From: Schizochytrium sp. TIO01 | Taxonomy: Eukaryota > Protista > Bigyra: Labyrinthulomycetes | Direction of reading: 5' to 3' | Assembly: GCA_004764695.1 (NCBI GenBank) | Contig: SMSO01000019.1 | Coordinates: forward strand, 1 to 64,000 | DNA: 64,000 bases | Part shown: piece by piece, positions 60,552-64,000 of the stretch | How positions within the stretch are numbered: position 1 is the first letter of the stretch | How the letters are laid out: each line of letters starts with the position of its first letter | Notes under the pieces: generated by a model | Told to the model about the DNA's origin: nothing | Seen by the model: only the letters and a program-made list of their open reading frames with translations | Database searches by the model: none | Program-made: the position numbers and the translations under genes

Positions 60552-62223
60552 AAAAGCTTGGTCCTGACTATTACGATAGCTTTCCCTCGTGGATGATTCC
60601 ACAAACGTACGACAAAGTTTGAAGGTTCTTGCATCCCTCGAGTGCCTTTGCGACGGCCTTTGCGCCCTCATCGCCAATGTTGTTCTCAGAAAGACTGTGA
60701 GTAGTATAAATGAATAAGTTTGTTTTGTTCATTCGTTGTCAGGAAAGACAGGTCCAGTCAGTTGATCCTGTTTTGTTTTGTTTTTCCTCACAATAAAAAG
60801 CAATCAGCTCTTCTTCATCTTCTGCTGCTGCTGCTGCTACCTATCAAATTATATAGATTTCCTTCTTCTCTTTGTAAAAAAGAAAAGACTTCTTTGCCTT
60901 TCTTTGCGTACCCAACTACGTAAACTACTTAGGTAGTGTACCAGCAGTACTACAAACACCAAGCACTAGAAAGAAAGAAAGAAAGAAAAAGCTTGGTCCT
61001 GCCTATTACGATAGCTTTCCCTCGTGGATGATTCCACAAACGTACTCTAAAGTTTGAAGGTTCTTGCATCCCTCGAGTGCCTTTGCGACGGCCTTTGCGC
61101 CCTCATCGCCAATGTTGTTGTTGTCAAGACTGTGAGTAGTATAAATGAATAAGTTTGTTTTGTTCATTCGTTGTCAGGAAAGACAGGTCCAGTCAGTTGA
61201 TCTTGTTCTGTTTTGTTTTTCCTCACAATAAAAAGCAATCAGCTCTTCTTCATCTTCTTCTGCTGCTGCTGCTGCCTATCAAATTATATAGATTTCCTTC
61301 TTTTCTCTTTGTAAAAAAGAAAAGACTTCTTTGCCTTTCTTTGCGTACCTAACTACGTAAACTACTTAGGTAGTGTACCAGCAGTACTACAAACACCAAG
61401 CACTAGAAAGAAAGAAAGAAAAAGCTTGGTCCTGACTATTACGATAGCTTTCCCTCGTGGATGATTCCACAAACGTACGACAAAGTTTGAAGGTTCTTGC
61501 ATCCCTCGAGTGCCTTTGCGACGGCCTTTGCGCCCTCATCGCCAATGTTGTTGTTGTCAAGACTGTGAGTGGTATAAATGAATAAGTTTGTTTTGTTCAT
61601 TCGTTGTCAGGAAAGACAGGTCCAGTCAGTTGATCCTGTTTTGTTTTGTTTTTCCTCACAATAAAAAGCAATCAGCTCTTCTTCATCTTCTGCTGCTGCT
61701 GCTGCTGCCTATCAAATTAAATAGATTTCCTTCTTCTCTTTGTAAAAAAGAAAAGACTTCTTTGCCTTTCTTTGCGTACCGAACTACGTAAACTACTTAG
61801 GTAGTGTACCAGCAGTACTACAAACACCAACTACAAAAAAGAAAGAAAGAGAAAGCTTGGTCCTGACTATTACGATAGCTTTCCCTCGTGGATGATTCCA
61901 CAAACGTACTGTACTCGTTCAAGGTTCTTGCATCCCTCGAGTGCCTTTGCGACGGCCTTTGCGCCCTCATCGCCAATGTTGTTGTTGTCAAGACTGTGTT
62001 TGTTTGTTTGTTTGTGAACAAGTGAGAGTAAGTATATGCCATTTCCAACTTCTTCATTAGTGCCACTACTAGTTCAAAACTATTCTTCTTCTACAAAGCT
62101 GACTACTATAACACATTGACGACGCGATGCCTCATTCTTCTGTCTCGTCCCTTCTGCATCGTGCACTTACCGAATCTCTGTCGTATCTTCTCTGATGTCC
62201 TTAATGCTCTTTGCCACAGTCAT
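50530..62223 (-). CDS. Gene B: spliced LRR(20)-helical-atypical protein kinase-RING1/Rcat (RBR-like E3) protein, ~1539 aa, 23 exons; paralog of gene A
   Basis: Exons (minus): 62171-62223 (MTVAKSIKDIREDTTEI); LRR exons with upper bounds 61993, 61562, 61129, 60694, 60237, 59802 (87 nt), 59353, 58928, 58499, 58075, 57655, 57230, 56799, 56368, 55946, 55518, 55096, 54674, 54243; cap 53738-53821; linker 53375-53569; terminal 50530-53218. All GT-AG and phase 2; 4620 nt with no internal stop. Confidence 0.85.
53738..62000 (-). repeat. Tandem exon-intron array B, 20 LRR exons, period 420-457 bp
   Basis: Same unit family as array A with array-specific intron variants. Confidence 0.95.
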
Positions 62224-63480
62224 CGTGTTTTGCAGCAGTGAGTTTCGCCTTTGATGGATGGATTGATCAATCGCGTTGATTTTCTTTGCTTTGTCTTTGT
62301 CTTCGCTTTGCTTTGGCGCTCGTAAGATAGAGGGAGAGAGAGTCGTTTGAGTCTTCGCTTGCGCTGCTGATCAGGAACGGAGACTTCTACTCTCTCTTCT
62401 TCTGCTCTCTCTTCTTCTTCTCCTTCTCCTTCTTCTGAGCTGCAAGGAAGGAGGATCGGGCGGACTCCTCGCGATGCCTCGCAAGTGCCTCAGTAGACCA
62501 AGCCTCGCCCACGAACAGCGAACGCGTGGAGGGGTGTGGCACGCGAGAGGTCGCGGGTGCGTGGATATCGTGCGCGCGCGCTGCCTCGTGTTGCGGCTTT
62601 GCGGCTTTGCGGCTTTGGCGATGGCATGGTATTCCCTTTTATTCCTTTCCTGTGTTAAGGTCCTTTGCCCTTTTGTTTAAGGTGCTTTCACTTCGTTTCT
62701 AATTTATCCTGGGAGCGCAAAAGAGGAGTCTAGTCTTGAAGAAAGACGAGGAGGGCTCGTGCTTCGTCTAGGTCAAAAACAAGGCAGGAGGCGACACGAA
62801 GAAGGACTCCATCCCTTTATGGTCGTGCAGATGAAGAGAGTTAACGCATAGAACTATTCTTCAAGCTTTTTTATTTTTTTATTATTTAAAATAAATATAA
62901 GAAATTAAGTTGGTGTGTAAAGCAAAAGAAGGATGTTGAATTTTGATTGCCATGGCGTATTGTGTAATGAATAGCAGGCAAGAAAAGATCCTTGTATTGA
63001 GGTCTATTTGAGATAAGAGGTGGGAACTTATTGAATCCTTTTGTTGCCTTTGATGAAGTCTTGGAGCGACACAAACTCGCAACTGTGTCATCAAGGAGCG
63101 TGAAAGTAAATAATCTTGATATAGCTAAAGCTTGGGAGAGAATGGAGAACAAGTCGACAATTTTCGGATTTCAAAGATGTGTCGAGTTGTTGGATATTTG
63201 CTTCACGGCTTCAATGTGAAAAAAGCAGAGAGTTGCTTTCAACGATCAGAGCTACTGGCGGCTGCGACCAAAGGTGTGCCAGAAAGAAGGAAAGGAAAGT
63301 TTCAAAAAGAGGAGAATCTTTGACCGAGAGTAGATGCCTGATTGCCTTTCTTGCATTGCTTTTAATCCTCTTCGGGCAGGTTTTATTTCATAAAATTAAT
63401 CTTTGATGTGTCTTATATTGTGATATCAACCGTGGAGTTGCTTTCTTTTAATGGTAGGGTAAAAAATGAACGGAGAAAAA

Positions 63481-63599
63481 AACATTCAACACCGGGGCTT
63501 CGCATGCAGTCCCCTATCATACTACTGACCCGGCCCTACGCGACTTTACTTCTCAGTGCGAATGAGATGAGGTGTTACCCGCGTGGTATGATCGAATGT
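63481..63599 (-). rRNA. 5S: 5S rRNA
   Basis: Same sequence as the other two copies; flanks paralogous to the 22822 copy. Confidence 0.92.
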
Positions 63600-64000
63600 A
63601 CATCAACATGGGTGTATACTGTATATATAGGTAGTATTGAATTGGTTGTTATTTACTTTCTTTACTTCTATGGCTATGTGATTCATAGCATGTAGTGCTA
63701 AGAGGTAGTATTGCTGGAATTTCTGGAGCAACATTTCTGCAGAAGATATTCTAGGAGTAGGCCTCAGGAAATAGTCTTGAAAGAGCGAGAAAGAAAGGAG
63801 GTCAAGCACCGAGGCTTAGTAGGTAAGGTTAAGTTCAAACTAGTAAATATCCTTTTACTTCGAGAGCACTAAAAAGCATCTCCTTCTTAGGGGAAACCAT
63901 AGTAACTCAGCAAGTCAGACCATGGGCGCACCTCTGTCATCGACTTGCAGCTTTACGTCCAGCAGGTTAGAAACCTTCTGCAACGACTGGGGCTGCGCCA

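Larger units (their letters stand above)
47365..64000 (+). repeat. Segmental duplication copy 2 (paralog of 10745-23346), runs off the window end
   Basis: Colinear throughout; longer because of 10 extra LRR units. Confidence 0.9.

Noticed and set aside
19575-61791. Repeated MFCSFVVRKD... ORFs (+) and MMASNTL.../MLCCHF... ORFs (-)
   Set aside because: Antisense readings of array introns with frameshifts that vary between units; the MFCSF ORFs also start at TTG rather than ATG.

Overview
Eukaryotic (stramenopile) DNA. The 18S sequence reads as a thraustochytrid of the Aurantiochytrium/Schizochytrium type (recognised by eye, not searched). The window holds one isolated 18S-5.8S-28S unit, three dispersed 5S genes, two tRNAs and one likely pseudo-tRNA, a leishmanolysin-like membrane protease with a very large His/Asp/RGD repeat stalk, and three long tandem arrays (385-455 bp units) around the rDNA. 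The main result is that these arrays, which look like non-coding spacers and give only junk ORFs, are exon-intron arrays. Each unit is one 84-nt phase-2/phase-2 exon encoding one 28-aa ribonuclease-inhibitor-type leucine-rich repeat, plus a near-identical GT-AG intron. All 40 exons splice in frame by hand. Two genes (14071-21557 and 50530-62223, minus) encode cytosolic LRR(10 or 20)-helical-atypical non-RD kinase-RING1/Rcat (RBR-like E3) proteins. A third (23415-28032, plus) sits head-to-head with the first across a 5S gene and encodes LRR(10) plus a short tail with a possible F-box/SOCS-box-like motif. Amino-acid variation concentrates at the exposed beta-strand positions, which straddle the splice junction, and variant blocks are shuffled between units. 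I infer an rDNA-linked, recombination- and/or splicing-diversified LRR receptor/ubiquitin-ligase system, possibly immune. Caveats: there is no transcript evidence here, and an N gap at 43369-43373 means the two halves may not be physically adjacent.
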